Below are positions 18,016 through 27,558 of a stretch of 64,000 nucleotides of DNA, in pieces. Each line of letters begins with the position of its first letter. Position 1 is the stretch's first letter. Made by a program: the position numbers and the translations under genes. The notes beneath the pieces are model-generated. The model did not search any database, was not told where the DNA came from, and saw only the letters and a program-made list of their open reading frames with translations. Origin of the DNA: a virus; the IMG/VR virus record IMGVR_UViG_3300028840_000888, positions 1 through 64,000 of that record; one strand, written 5' to 3'.

Positions 18016-18024
18016 GATAATCTA

Positions 18025-19491
18025 TTAGGTATCCCGATAGCTCATCCACCGTGGCACATAACTCATTGTACCCGTGATCGTGTCACCTAGTACGCTCCCG
18101 GCGGCGCGCTGGGCAGCCATCACCACAACACCGTCACCCTCAGGCAGATACCAGGTGCGTGGCGAGAAGTCGCCGTATTGCGCCGGTACGCTGGCGCCCT
18201 CAAGGGTAACGGCGAGTAGGGTATCATCAGGGCGCGTGTAGATAGCCAGCAGGTCATCCACATACGCGCCTTGCTCTATGGCGGTATTGTCGATGCGGAT
18301 CATGTGATCTGAGGGTATGAAGATGAAGGTATCACAATCGAATTTGTCAGTTGCGGCGGTTCCCGTGATGTGCTCGGCCCACATCTGCATACGGAAGTAG
18401 CTACTTTCAATTCCATAAGCGCCTATTTCCGGGAAGGTGCCGTACTCGGGTATCTGAATCTCGCCAAGCTCATACAAATGCCATGCGCTATCCGATATGT
18501 AGACATCCTGGGATGGCTGTAGCCTGGTTGAGCCGGCGGCAACAGAGGAGCCATAGCGTAACTGCGCTCGCACGGTTGCCCCGGCAGTAACTTTGGCGCG
18601 CATCAATACTGAATAACGGCCTATCATGTGCTGTGAGTAGACAAGCCCAATGTCACCGAAGCGAGTGTCAAAGCGGATGCCGAAAGTTGCGAGGACATTG
18701 AATGGAACCTCGACCTTGTTCCCACTGCTCGCCGTTGCATCGGCCTGCACGATGGCGCCGGAATACAAGGCCCCACTAGCCAGAGCAGCATTTTCGCACT
18801 CGTGACGCGCATTGAAGGATGCCGTACCGGCGTACTCCTCGCGTATACCTATCCAGGCCCTAGTGAGTGCTGTGGTTGAGTTCGTCCCGAATATCGAATA
18901 GGCCAGGCGTGCGCGGGCGGTTCCGGGTACATTCGTGTATGTGAATGATGTGCCGATAGCATCAGCCCCGGCGCCGCCGCTGACGGTCGGTAGATCGTCG
19001 GGTACATCCTCGTAGTAGCTTTCCCAAAATGGGTGGCGGTCGAGGGACATGGCCGCGACTAGCACGGCACTCGGTGCGCCATCAAGGAAGAAGTTCGCGC
19101 CGTTGCGCGGCGGGAAGGCACACATGGCGCGGTAGATCAGGCTACGCTTTTCGCTTTCATCATCCGTCTTGACCTTGAGCCATGTGTAATCCGGGCGTGA
19201 CGGGTCTACATTGGAGCGCAGCGCCTTATTGAAAAATGCCTCAAGCGCCGTCTGGATGCCGTGAACATTGGCCTCGGTATCTTTAGTAACGATAGAGAAT
19301 GATTCCGAGTGCGGTGTATAGTGTGAGAAGGAGACTTGCGCGCCGAACTCAACATGGCGGAAGTCACCTTCCGGCCACGGGTTAGCGGGCGTCCACATTT
19401 TTTCTATGATCTCATAGTCACCATCCCATAGATCATAGGTTAATGGCCCACCGTTTATTGAGTCACTGTGTAGCTCGAACTCAACGGCCAT
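18025..19491 (-). CDS. Distal tail (Dit-like) protein with probable carbohydrate-binding insert
   Basis: HPFW motif, C-terminal YVPRW; upstream of hub gene. Confidence 0.55.
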   Translation of the reverse strand: MAVEFELHSDSINGGPLTYDLWDGDYEIIEKMWTPANPWPEGDFRHVEFGAQVSFSHYTPHSESFSIVTKDTEANVHGIQTALEAFFNKALRSNVDPSRPDYTWLKVKTDDESEKRSLIYRAMCAFPPRNGANFFLDGAPSAVLVAAMSLDRHPFWESYYEDVPDDLPTVSGGAGADAIGTSFTYTNVPGTARARLAYSIFGTNSTTALTRAWIGIREEYAGTASFNARHECENAALASGALYSGAIVQADATASSGNKVEVPFNVLATFGIRFDTRFGDIGLVYSQHMIGRYSVLMRAKVTAGATVRAQLRYGSSVAAGSTRLQPSQDVYISDSAWHLYELGEIQIPEYGTFPEIGAYGIESSYFRMQMWAEHITGTAATDKFDCDTFIFIPSDHMIRIDNTAIEQGAYVDDLLAIYTRPDDTLLAVTLEGASVPAQYGDFSPRTWYLPEGDGVVVMAAQRAAGSVLGDTITGTMSYVPRWMSYRDT

Positions 19492-19672
19492 TTAATTTAA
19501 TCACCGCGTGGGCAACTATACGCCCATCTATTATCTGAGGTATCGCCGTTAGTATACACCCGTGCTTTTCGAGCACCTGATCAATTTCTAGCTTGCAGTG
19601 CGCCAGGATCATGGCGCGCGTTTCTTCAATTACCTGCTGTGGAGTTTTGGTGACAACTTCCTGCTCGTCCAT
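19481..19672 (-). CDS. Small hypothetical protein
   Basis: AAGGAG RBS; coupled to both neighbours. Confidence 0.6.
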   Translation of the reverse strand: MDEQEVVTKTPQQVIEETRAMILAHCKLEIDQVLEKHGCILTAIPQIIDGRIVAHAVIKLNGR

Positions 19673-20037
19673 TATACTGCGCTCCTTACCCGGTTAATCG
19701 TGGGCATGTAGTCGCCTTCTGCCGGTGTGCCGTTGGTGAGAAGCGTTTGAATCTGTGAAATAAGATTGAGCGCATTGAACATATCATCGGCAGTAAAACC
19801 GAGCGCACTCACATCACCATCAGTAAAGGCGTCAGCCTGCCCTTGTCCATATTCCTTCGCATTGACTACATCCAAAGTATCATCCAGTGAACCAAGTCGC
19901 GTTACGAGTGTCTGTACATCTCCTGCCAAAGCCGCTTTATTCAACATCGCATAAGCCTCCTTTTGTGTTAGGTTAGTAAATTTTTGAATCCCATCGAAAT
20001 ATATCCATGATCCGTTGCTTGCCTGGTATACTTTCAT
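19672..20037 (-). CDS. Hypothetical protein (possible fibre-associated chaperone)
   Basis: AGGAGG RBS after tail fibre gene. Confidence 0.6.
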   Translation of the reverse strand: MKVYQASNGSWIYFDGIQKFTNLTQKEAYAMLNKAALAGDVQTLVTRLGSLDDTLDVVNAKEYGQGQADAFTDGDVSALGFTADDMFNALNLISQIQTLLTNGTPAEGDYMPTINRVRSAV

Positions 20038-20045
20038 GTTGCCTC

Positions 20046-22376
20046 CTATGGTTCCGTGGCGAGTATTTGTACCGCGCCCGTGTTAAAACGCACGGCCAAT
20101 TGCGTCTTACCTGCTCCATTATCAACAGCGTATAGTATGGCGCCATTAGCCGCCGGTGCGCCAGGAGCGGTCATTTCAGCGAATGTCATGGCGCCTGCAC
20201 CTATATCTATTCGTGATGCTGGCGCAGCAACGCTAAAACCAACCTGTCCGCTAGTGTCAAGATGCACTTGATCTGCGTTTCCACTTGTAAAAATCACTAT
20301 CGGGCGCAGTGTACCCGTTCCCGTTGCTGCGGTATATAATTGGTATTCGCTGTCGCCTTCGTCCCATCCGAACGCGCCGCGTTCGCTGTTGGTTAGGTCG
20401 TCCGGATCACCAACACCCCATGCCTGAAATCCTACATCGTCTGTACCGTCCCCATCGGATGTGTATAGCTCGAGTTGTGTGCGCTTTGCTGATATATTAT
20501 TCATTATGTAAATGCCGCCCAGTGTACCACGCGCACCCAGGCCGTAATCTACATTGCTCGAATCAAAGATAAATCTTGCTGTATTGTCATTGTAGAAAAT
20601 AACGAAATTTTCTGTATTCGCAGTAAACACGGTATCATAGGAGCGGAACCACAAATTTTCCCATACAGTGCCGTCACGGTCAAATGATTGGAAAATTGAA
20701 GCGCCCGGACCGCCTGTATTAGAGTTATTCACTGGGTCAGCATCGGTTCCAAAGCGTATCTCGAATCCGACATCCGCTGTCGGATATACGAAACTGGCGT
20801 CATTTGTTCCCGTAACTCTGAAAATGCCGGCTTTTACCTCAAGCAGTGCTTCGGGCGTATTTGTGTTTATTCCCACATTTGAACTCATGATATATGAAAA
20901 ATCTGTCGCACCGCTGCTATTAAAGCCCATGCGCGCAGTTGCCGCGCCATTCCCTATGTATCCAGCATCAGGCAGGGCAATGGTATTATCTGCGGCAATC
21001 GGCGCAACGCCTATACCAAGACGCGCTAGTCGTAGATCACCATTCGCGCCGGATTGTAGCGGCGTTGACACATTGGTCTGTCCATCTGCTGTTGTGGGGC
21101 CTAAGAGTTGCCATACTGCGGCGGTAGCAGTGTCATCAGTGCAGATGAAGTACTCACCGCTGGTCGTGTTCAGCCAGAAATAGCCGGTCAGGAATACACC
21201 ATTTCCGCCGCTATTAGCTATGTCGTCATTGGCATCCGGGTCGCCCGCATCCTCGAAGACAATGGGCTGGAAGCCTACATGCCCGGATGGGGAAAAGGCC
21301 AGGTCGCCAAGCTGCGCATGGCTTCCGGGGCTCCCGGTGCTTGAGAATTTGAAGCCGCGAAAGTCCACGTAGTTGTCGCCCTCGTCGGTAGTGCGTACAC
21401 GACAATTGGGCGTATTTGCGTACCCGCCATTCGTCTGGTAGATCACACTCCCGATAGGCGTAAACTCTGCTCCAGGTAAACCCGCGGTTACAATTGCGTT
21501 AATTTCCGTCGCTGCCCCTTCACGGGCTGCGTTGATATTGGTATACTCGACCTCACCCTGTACTGCAATGACTGGCTGATCCGGGTCGGTGGTAGCAAAG
21601 TAATGCATGAGAATGAAGTCGTTATTCGTACTCACCTCAGTCAGCACCCAATTGCCACCGCTGAACTCATTGAATGGTACACGACCATTTGCCCCCACAT
21701 AGCCCGATCCGTCCCCGGAATAGATCATGGGGAAGTTGTTAGCTGTGCGCCGCCGCCATACGCCGGTCGCGCCGGATTTGTAGAATACCGAAATCTGCGC
21801 CGGGGCGGTGTCGGCTACGTTGTCCGATTCAATGTCCTCGTCGCGGATCTGCCCGGCGGTGTAGCCGAACTGCGCATGAGTTTCCAGGCTGCCGTCACCG
21901 ATTGTAAAGCCGTCCAGGGCCAGGCCCGTTACCCATTGCGTACCCAGTACCAGGTGCAGGTGTGCATGAGTCTCGGCACTCATTACGCGCCCGTGACGTT
22001 CATCGGCTACTAGTAGGGCGGCGTTATTGTCAGCATCCCAGTACACAATGGATACGAGTGCTTGTATGTAAATGAAGTCAATATCAAATACGGCAGTCTC
22101 TTGTAGTACGGCATCTTCATCGTAATAGATGTAATGCAGACCCTCAACGTCTGAGATGGTCACCGTTTCGGCTGCAGCCTTCGTCACCTCGCGGCCCTGA
22201 TACCAGTAGGTAAAGGATGCGCCTACCGGCGCGATGGTGAAGACATTGCCGGCCACGCTGATAGTTGAGTCTGTGCGGTCGCGCGGAAAGCCGGTCAGGT
22301 CGGGCAGTGTGCGCCCGATAAAGCGCCTAACTGATTTGTTGGGCGGGTTGCCTATCAAGCTCATTTTATTCTGCAT
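20046..22376 (-). CDS. Tail fibre / receptor-binding protein
   Basis: Gly/Thr/Asn-rich; NVGINTNTP..LLEV and QVGF..AAP fibre repeats; AGGAGG RBS before MQNKMS. Confidence 0.75.
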   Translation of the reverse strand: MQNKMSLIGNPPNKSVRRFIGRTLPDLTGFPRDRTDSTISVAGNVFTIAPVGASFTYWYQGREVTKAAAETVTISDVEGLHYIYYDEDAVLQETAVFDIDFIYIQALVSIVYWDADNNAALLVADERHGRVMSAETHAHLHLVLGTQWVTGLALDGFTIGDGSLETHAQFGYTAGQIRDEDIESDNVADTAPAQISVFYKSGATGVWRRRTANNFPMIYSGDGSGYVGANGRVPFNEFSGGNWVLTEVSTNNDFILMHYFATTDPDQPVIAVQGEVEYTNINAAREGAATEINAIVTAGLPGAEFTPIGSVIYQTNGGYANTPNCRVRTTDEGDNYVDFRGFKFSSTGSPGSHAQLGDLAFSPSGHVGFQPIVFEDAGDPDANDDIANSGGNGVFLTGYFWLNTTSGEYFICTDDTATAAVWQLLGPTTADGQTNVSTPLQSGANGDLRLARLGIGVAPIAADNTIALPDAGYIGNGAATARMGFNSSGATDFSYIMSSNVGINTNTPEALLEVKAGIFRVTGTNDASFVYPTADVGFEIRFGTDADPVNNSNTGGPGASIFQSFDRDGTVWENLWFRSYDTVFTANTENFVIFYNDNTARFIFDSSNVDYGLGARGTLGGIYIMNNISAKRTQLELYTSDGDGTDDVGFQAWGVGDPDDLTNSERGAFGWDEGDSEYQLYTAATGTGTLRPIVIFTSGNADQVHLDTSGQVGFSVAAPASRIDIGAGAMTFAEMTAPGAPAANGAILYAVDNGAGKTQLAVRFNTGAVQILATEP

Positions 22377-22384
22377 GATACCTC

Positions 22385-22858
22385 CTATAGTGAGGCGCGT
22401 AGCGGCCACACGATAATAATACTATTGGTGGCGGTCTCACGGATGAAGCGGGCTGCGGTTGCCATGTCTACTGTCCATAATGTTTCGTCACCATCTTCAA
22501 GCAGCACGAAGTTACCGCCCGCCGTCGGGTTCGTGCCGTCAATCGTTACGCGGCAATCAGCCGTCTGCACCTGCAACTGCACATGCGTTGTGTTCGCGGG
22601 CAGAGCGGCCATGATAGTGATGGCATTGGTGACGGTGACAACCTGCTGTAAGCCGTTGGGCACATAGACGGAAGTGTCAACGTGTTGCGGAGTAGTCGCG
22701 CCGCCGCCGAGGGCCGCGAGGATGTTTTGTAGGGCCGTTAGTCCATCACCGCCGAGTCCGCGCACAATCGCATAGGTGTTGCCGCTTAGCAATTCGTAGC
22801 GTGTCGCGGCGTTGGCATTTACATTCTCAATACTGGTATTGTTCCTAATGTCTGGCAT
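22385..22858 (-). CDS. Hypothetical virion protein
   Basis: GGAGG RBS; 'VTIDGTNPT' beta-rich segment. Confidence 0.55.
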   Translation of the reverse strand: MPDIRNNTSIENVNANAATRYELLSGNTYAIVRGLGGDGLTALQNILAALGGGATTPQHVDTSVYVPNGLQQVVTVTNAITIMAALPANTTHVQLQVQTADCRVTIDGTNPTAGGNFVLLEDGDETLWTVDMATAARFIRETATNSIIIVWPLRASL

Positions 22859-23645
22859 GTTTTCCCTCCCATGTCCGCTCATCATTTAGAAAACGGGCAT
22901 ACTTAGTATTTGAAATTACCTTACTAAATTCTTTGTAGTTAGACAACCACGCACTCAACGGGTGACTATGCACGCGCTTTAGGTCGCACTTGAGTACCAA
23001 CCGGCGCACGCCCAAGAAGTCGCATGTCTTCTCGGATGCCGACCTCTTCATGCGCGCAACTGTAGGGCCTTCGCCGCCAACCATTTCGCCATAGGTCATG
23101 TGTAACACCTCAAGCCCGGATAATGCGAGGGCTTTGGCATAACGATCCTGGCGATTATCAAGCCACTGCATCATTTTGACAACGGCCTTCGGATTAACTT
23201 CTGTGGGCGTGATTGTGAGCTTGTGTTTAGTGGTATGCACCGGGTAGTAGGGGGCCTTGCCCTTGCGCACGATCTGATTGAAGACAATACTCGTGGCCTG
23301 GCGTAGTTTGTTGTCACGGGTAAGGTGGATGATGCGTGCCGGCGGCTGCATCTCCCTGATTCGCGCCCAAGCGTGTTGTTCAAAGAACTGGGTATACACG
23401 AGTTTGATCCCGCTGGCATGATAGCCCTCCTGGTGGCAAAGCATGTCGATAAGCTGTGGAACAGGTAACTTGCGGGCATAGCGTCGCCACACGCTGGCAT
23501 GGTGCACAGTCTCGGCGCGGTCACAATACACCTGCGGGTGATTGCTGAGACAGTGTGACAGGTAGGTTCCGCCGGCGCGCCGTTGCGCGCAAATCACGAA
23601 TGGTTGTGCAAGGTACTTGGTATCGTCATTGTCAACTTTCGGCAT
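22845..23645 (-). CDS. Sulfotransferase (Stf0-like)
   Basis: 5'-PSB loop FVICAQRRAGGTYL..L.NHP, GIKL, 3'-PB motif IIHLTRDNKLRQATS; GGAGG RBS before MPKVD. Confidence 0.8.
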   Translation of the reverse strand: MPKVDNDDTKYLAQPFVICAQRRAGGTYLSHCLSNHPQVYCDRAETVHHASVWRRYARKLPVPQLIDMLCHQEGYHASGIKLVYTQFFEQHAWARIREMQPPARIIHLTRDNKLRQATSIVFNQIVRKGKAPYYPVHTTKHKLTITPTEVNPKAVVKMMQWLDNRQDRYAKALALSGLEVLHMTYGEMVGGEGPTVARMKRSASEKTCDFLGVRRLVLKCDLKRVHSHPLSAWLSNYKEFSKVISNTKYARFLNDERTWEGKHARH

Positions 23646-24120
23646 GGTCTTCCTCCTCCGGTGGGCGCTTGATGAGCTTGAAAATAATGCTGGTACGCGC
23701 CTCGCTTGAGTAGCGTTTTTCGATGATCTTCCATTTGAAGGGCGTATAGAAGTCGTACTGCTGTCCGCGCTTGGTATCCGGGTCAAGCTGATCCATTAGC
23801 TGCAAGGACGCAAACCAGCGATGTGTCATATCGGCATGTGATATTTCGGCGTTCCAGTAGGGCAGCTTGATCCACGCGAGGCCGCCCGGCTTGGTGATGC
23901 GCCACACCTCGGCCATAATTGCCAGTCGGTCAATGTGTAGGTGCTCAAGTACTGATGATGCGATGACGGTATCAAACTCTTCGTCTTCCCAGGGCCACGG
24001 CAGTACATTTAGATCATGCGCCACATCCACATGCGGCGCGTGCTTGAATAGGTCATGATTCACTGCGCCGTCACGCGGCTTCTTTCCACATCCTAAAACT
24101 AAAATTCTTGCATCATCCAT
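23632..24120 (-). CDS. Class I SAM-dependent methyltransferase (type 11, glycan-cluster type)
   Basis: LVLGCG, HDLN.LPWPW....FD.V....VLEHL, EVWRITKPGG. Confidence 0.88.
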   Translation of the reverse strand: MDDARILVLGCGKKPRDGAVNHDLFKHAPHVDVAHDLNVLPWPWEDEEFDTVIASSVLEHLHIDRLAIMAEVWRITKPGGLAWIKLPYWNAEISHADMTHRWFASLQLMDQLDPDTKRGQQYDFYTPFKWKIIEKRYSSEARTSIIFKLIKRPPEEEDHAES

Positions 24121-24123
24121 AGC

Positions 24124-25806
24124 TTACCCCTTCAAATTGACGCGTCCATCTTCAAAATGCGTGCGTGACATCGGTATTACCTTATCCCATGCGCGTGGAT
24201 CACATAGCCCGTCCGGTGCGCTTATCTGCCCACGCCAGCGCCGTCCACGCATCGGGAAGTGGAGTATACCGGCGGTGCCTTTGCGCCCCGGCGGGTACTC
24301 CTCACCCTTCGCCGTGATGAGCGTGTTCCATTCATTGCCAAGCCAAAAGATGCGCAATGGCTCCGTATACATGGCGCGCATCCATGCGCCCTGGTCGCGG
24401 CCCTTGTTAATGCTCCACTCGTCAAGCCAACGCTTGAAAAATGACTTTGTGCGCGCGCACCTACGAAAGGCCCACACGCCGCCGTTGATCTGTAGGGCCT
24501 CAGTTGTACCGAGCATGTTTATGGTGCGGTGGTATTCGGGCTTGTTATTGCGCCGCTCAAAGCTCTTCATTGTGTCATGCAGATGTGGGTCTTTGCAGAT
24601 CACGTACTCCCAACCATCACGGAGTAGCTTGAAGAAGAACTCCACATTTGCCACGACTTCCGTGTCAGCGTCCATGTATAGAATGTACTCCCAGGTCTTG
24701 GGAGCGAGATCATAGATACTGAGCTTGGCAATGCGCCCGCCAATGTCCTTGTCCGGAGCCTTGACGAAAATATGCTCAGGCCCTAGTCGTTTATCACTTA
24801 CCAAAGCAACTGGAATATTCGGCATGTGCTGGCGGATCATCGGGATACAGATTTTGGCGCAATATCGTGACTGTTCACCGAAGGCCACCATATAGATACC
24901 CTGTTTACCATCGCGGTCGGGTAGCGCAGTGATGGCCGGCTTATCATATATCCAGTGCTCGAAGGTGCGCGCAATGCCAGATGTCCATGCCTTGACGCCG
25001 TGCGGCTTGGTTGCAGCACGCAGGGCCTCGCGGTCGATGCTATCACGTTCCTGTATGGCCCGGTCAACGGCGCGTTTCATTGCCGCAACATTGCCGCGTG
25101 GATACTTGTAGATACCGGGCATGTCTGGCAGGTCGGGATGTATGCCGACTTCTGCCGGAATGACTACCGGCACACCGCAGGCCATAGCCTCAAGCGTGGA
25201 CATTGGGCCGCCCTCAACCAGGGATGTGTTGAGGAAAATATCAAGGCTCTGGAAGAAGCCCGGCATGTCTTTCCACTTATACATAGTGGTGGGGATGGGC
25301 CAGCCGCGCCCGGCGGCTTTCCATTCTACAGGTAGATTGTGCTTCAGCAACTGGTCGAGCAACCCCTCTCCCTTGCGCCCGCTCTTGTAGCGGTATCCGG
25401 CCACGCCAATGACGGGACGCGAGCGGCGCGGATGTTCCTTGATTTTGAAAAAGTCCAGCTCTAAAGGCAACGGTAGCACAATGCCTTTCCCGAACTGCTT
25501 AAGGTGCGGAAGCTGGCGTGCGTTCATGGCAATACGCCAGGTTGAGGCTTTGGCGGCAGCATCATAAAGGTTGCGCTTGGCGGATCCGTTATCGCCTTCC
25601 TCATAGTGCGTCAAGTAGGCCACGGTCGGCGTTTTGTCAAATCCGCGATGCTTGCCATACTCGAAATAGCCAAGCCAGAAATTGATGTCTGCACCGGGGT
25701 CAGGGTCGGCGCTCACTGTCCACTGATGCGCCTCTACCAGGTGGCGCGCAAAGCGCGGAATCACCCGGTCATCTCGCCAGTTGCGGCATATTATATGTGT
25801 TCTCAT
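24124..25806 (-). CDS. Bifunctional glycosyltransferase: GT-B (GT4-like) fused to GT-A (GT8-like)
   Basis: DIFLNTSLVEGGPMSTLEAMACGVPVV (EX7E); C-terminal half ILYMDADT, INGGV, DQGA. Confidence 0.88.
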   Translation of the reverse strand: MRTHIICRNWRDDRVIPRFARHLVEAHQWTVSADPDPGADINFWLGYFEYGKHRGFDKTPTVAYLTHYEEGDNGSAKRNLYDAAAKASTWRIAMNARQLPHLKQFGKGIVLPLPLELDFFKIKEHPRRSRPVIGVAGYRYKSGRKGEGLLDQLLKHNLPVEWKAAGRGWPIPTTMYKWKDMPGFFQSLDIFLNTSLVEGGPMSTLEAMACGVPVVIPAEVGIHPDLPDMPGIYKYPRGNVAAMKRAVDRAIQERDSIDREALRAATKPHGVKAWTSGIARTFEHWIYDKPAITALPDRDGKQGIYMVAFGEQSRYCAKICIPMIRQHMPNIPVALVSDKRLGPEHIFVKAPDKDIGGRIAKLSIYDLAPKTWEYILYMDADTEVVANVEFFFKLLRDGWEYVICKDPHLHDTMKSFERRNNKPEYHRTINMLGTTEALQINGGVWAFRRCARTKSFFKRWLDEWSINKGRDQGAWMRAMYTEPLRIFWLGNEWNTLITAKGEEYPPGRKGTAGILHFPMRGRRWRGQISAPDGLCDPRAWDKVIPMSRTHFEDGRVNLKG

Positions 25807-26420
25807 TACCTCGCCTTCCCGAAGTCGTGCCTGATGACTTCGCCGTCCATATCATTGTACGGATACCCTAGCAGCCACACATGCGGCTGTACAATCTCAA
25901 TCGCCCTCACAAGCGCTGCCTGATCCTGCTTTCTCCACCGTGACCACTGCTTACGCCATTCTGAGAATAGTCGCTCCGTGGTCTCGTTGCGCTTCCAATA
26001 CACCACGCCTGCCTGGAATTGCAAGGGTGGGAATAGCCCGACCTCTTCACAGGTCATGGCGCGCTCTTGGTTCTCGATGTGGGCAAAGGCTGCGTTGCTC
26101 TGATTGCGGCTATAGGTAAGGGCGATGTCAAAGCCATTACGCAGAGCATCAAATGGCCCGTCGATGTCTTTCCTTGCCACGGTGTCAGCGTCCATATATA
26201 ATGTTTCGTCAAAGTCTGTGAGCAGGTCTTGGTTAAGTTTCGCATCCCTTACTCCAAATGAATTATCTTTGTAAAATATTGAATGAGTGCCTTTTATGTT
26301 CAGTGATTCGGTTATGATCGTGATATGTAGGTCACAAACTGCGCGGATACTATCCACGCACGCTTTAGCTGCCTGGTGTGCCTTGACGCCATAGGCTACA
26401 ATCACGATACCTCTGTTCAT
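25806..26420 (-). CDS. GT-A fold glycosyltransferase (GT8-like)
   Basis: TLYMDADT DxD motif, FQAGV, DQAAL, IRH. Confidence 0.85.
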   Translation of the reverse strand: MNRGIVIVAYGVKAHQAAKACVDSIRAVCDLHITIITESLNIKGTHSIFYKDNSFGVRDAKLNQDLLTDFDETLYMDADTVARKDIDGPFDALRNGFDIALTYSRNQSNAAFAHIENQERAMTCEEVGLFPPLQFQAGVVYWKRNETTERLFSEWRKQWSRWRKQDQAALVRAIEIVQPHVWLLGYPYNDMDGEVIRHDFGKAR

Positions 26421-27061
26421 TGCATCCACGTAATAGGCAAAGCGCACATGGTCGGCTTCGCCTTGTAGAGTGCGCGCATAAAGGCGTGTTGTGGATCACC
26501 TCCCTCCTGTTGCCAATGGCGTATGAGTTTTTGGGTATCATCACAGCGTCGAATGAACACGGCGCGCACATCATAGACAGGGAAGCGTAGGTCATGAATA
26601 AGCGCATCGGTCGTGGCCTTGTCCTTTGCGGAGCCAATATCACGCGCCAGGATACTATAGCGCCAGAGCGGAGCCGCCACTTGCCAGCCACGGTTGAGAC
26701 GGTGGAAGCCCACGGAAACTAGCTGCGGCTTGATCGTAGAGTTTCCCGCCATGATCAAAGTGCGCGGCCAAGCAAGTTCTCGCTTGCCGACCTTTACCTC
26801 AAGGTCAGGATATTGGCTAGTTAGTTTGGCGCGCAATGTCTCACTATCGCTGGTCAAGATCACACCACAGTGATCTAAGGCGAAGGCTTGACGGCGGTAT
26901 TCAGGTGTTACGTAGGGTGAAAGCCTAGCGTCGCCGGAGGCGATTAACTGCTGCGCACGTTGGCGTCCTACTGAAAACCAATCGCCGGGGCGATTGATGA
27001 CTATCTGCCCGTGTTTATCGGTCGTATGTACGATGTGCTTCGCTACAAGCTGTATGGGCAT
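26417..27061 (-). CDS. Degenerate GT-A-like protein
   Basis: C-terminal half parallels the neighbouring GT-A domains (VFIRRC...W......Q.AFMRALY) but has no DxD. Confidence 0.55.
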   Translation of the reverse strand: MPIQLVAKHIVHTTDKHGQIVINRPGDWFSVGRQRAQQLIASGDARLSPYVTPEYRRQAFALDHCGVILTSDSETLRAKLTSQYPDLEVKVGKRELAWPRTLIMAGNSTIKPQLVSVGFHRLNRGWQVAAPLWRYSILARDIGSAKDKATTDALIHDLRFPVYDVRAVFIRRCDDTQKLIRHWQQEGGDPQHAFMRALYKAKPTMCALPITWMQ

Positions 27062-27076
27062 GTAAAGCTCCTGTGT

Positions 27077-27105
27077 GGGCGCGCCGTCATGACGACGGCG
27101 CGCCC
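27077..27105. other. GC-rich hairpin between head genes and glycosylation cassette
   Basis: GGGCGCGCCGTC-ATGAC-GACGGCGCGCCC, 12-bp perfect stem, no U-tail. Confidence 0.7.
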
Positions 27106-27115
27106 AATATGTGAG

Positions 27116-27544
27116 TTAGTCCACAACGCTGTCAAGGTTTGTGGTATTGACCGCCATGTGGCGCGGAACAAGGCCCCAAATCTGCACAACGTAGGTCTCG
27201 CCCTGTCCTGCGGGGGTAGTTTCGATATTGATGGCATCGAAGCCGCCGTCAACGTCAAACTCCTCGCCGCGAATCTCGATAATCGTGGGGTTAGTGTCAG
27301 CGGCTTGGACGGTGGTGTCCTTGCCACCGGCATCAAAAGTCTTTGCCCCGGTTCCGGCGGCATCCGTTGCCTGCTCCACGTCCACGTCAATGTCACCGGT
27401 AAGGGTGACGGGCGTGATAATGACGACAAGACGGTGGAAGCGAGTTGAAAGGACATAGCCGGTGTTGTTCTCAACGGCGCTGGCTACCACAACATCATTA
27501 GCCAGTAATTCTGCTTGTTCAGTAAAACGTGCGGTGTAATCCAT
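27116..27544 (-). CDS. Capsid-associated (decoration-like) protein
   Basis: Immediately after MCP, AGGAGG RBS; 'VEQATDAAGTGAK' pattern. Confidence 0.55.
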   Translation of the reverse strand: MDYTARFTEQAELLANDVVVASAVENNTGYVLSTRFHRLVVIITPVTLTGDIDVDVEQATDAAGTGAKTFDAGGKDTTVQAADTNPTIIEIRGEEFDVDGGFDAINIETTPAGQGETYVVQIWGLVPRHMAVNTTNLDSVVD

Positions 27545-27558
27545 GATTATCCTCCTCC

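Noticed and set aside
14872-22376. Diversity-generating retroelement targeting tail genes
   Set aside because: No reverse transcriptase and no TR/VR repeat pair noticed
27001-27105. Antisense RNA unit at the start of the glycosylation cassette
   Set aside because: Hairpin is real but lacks a U-tail and a convincing -35/-10 pair
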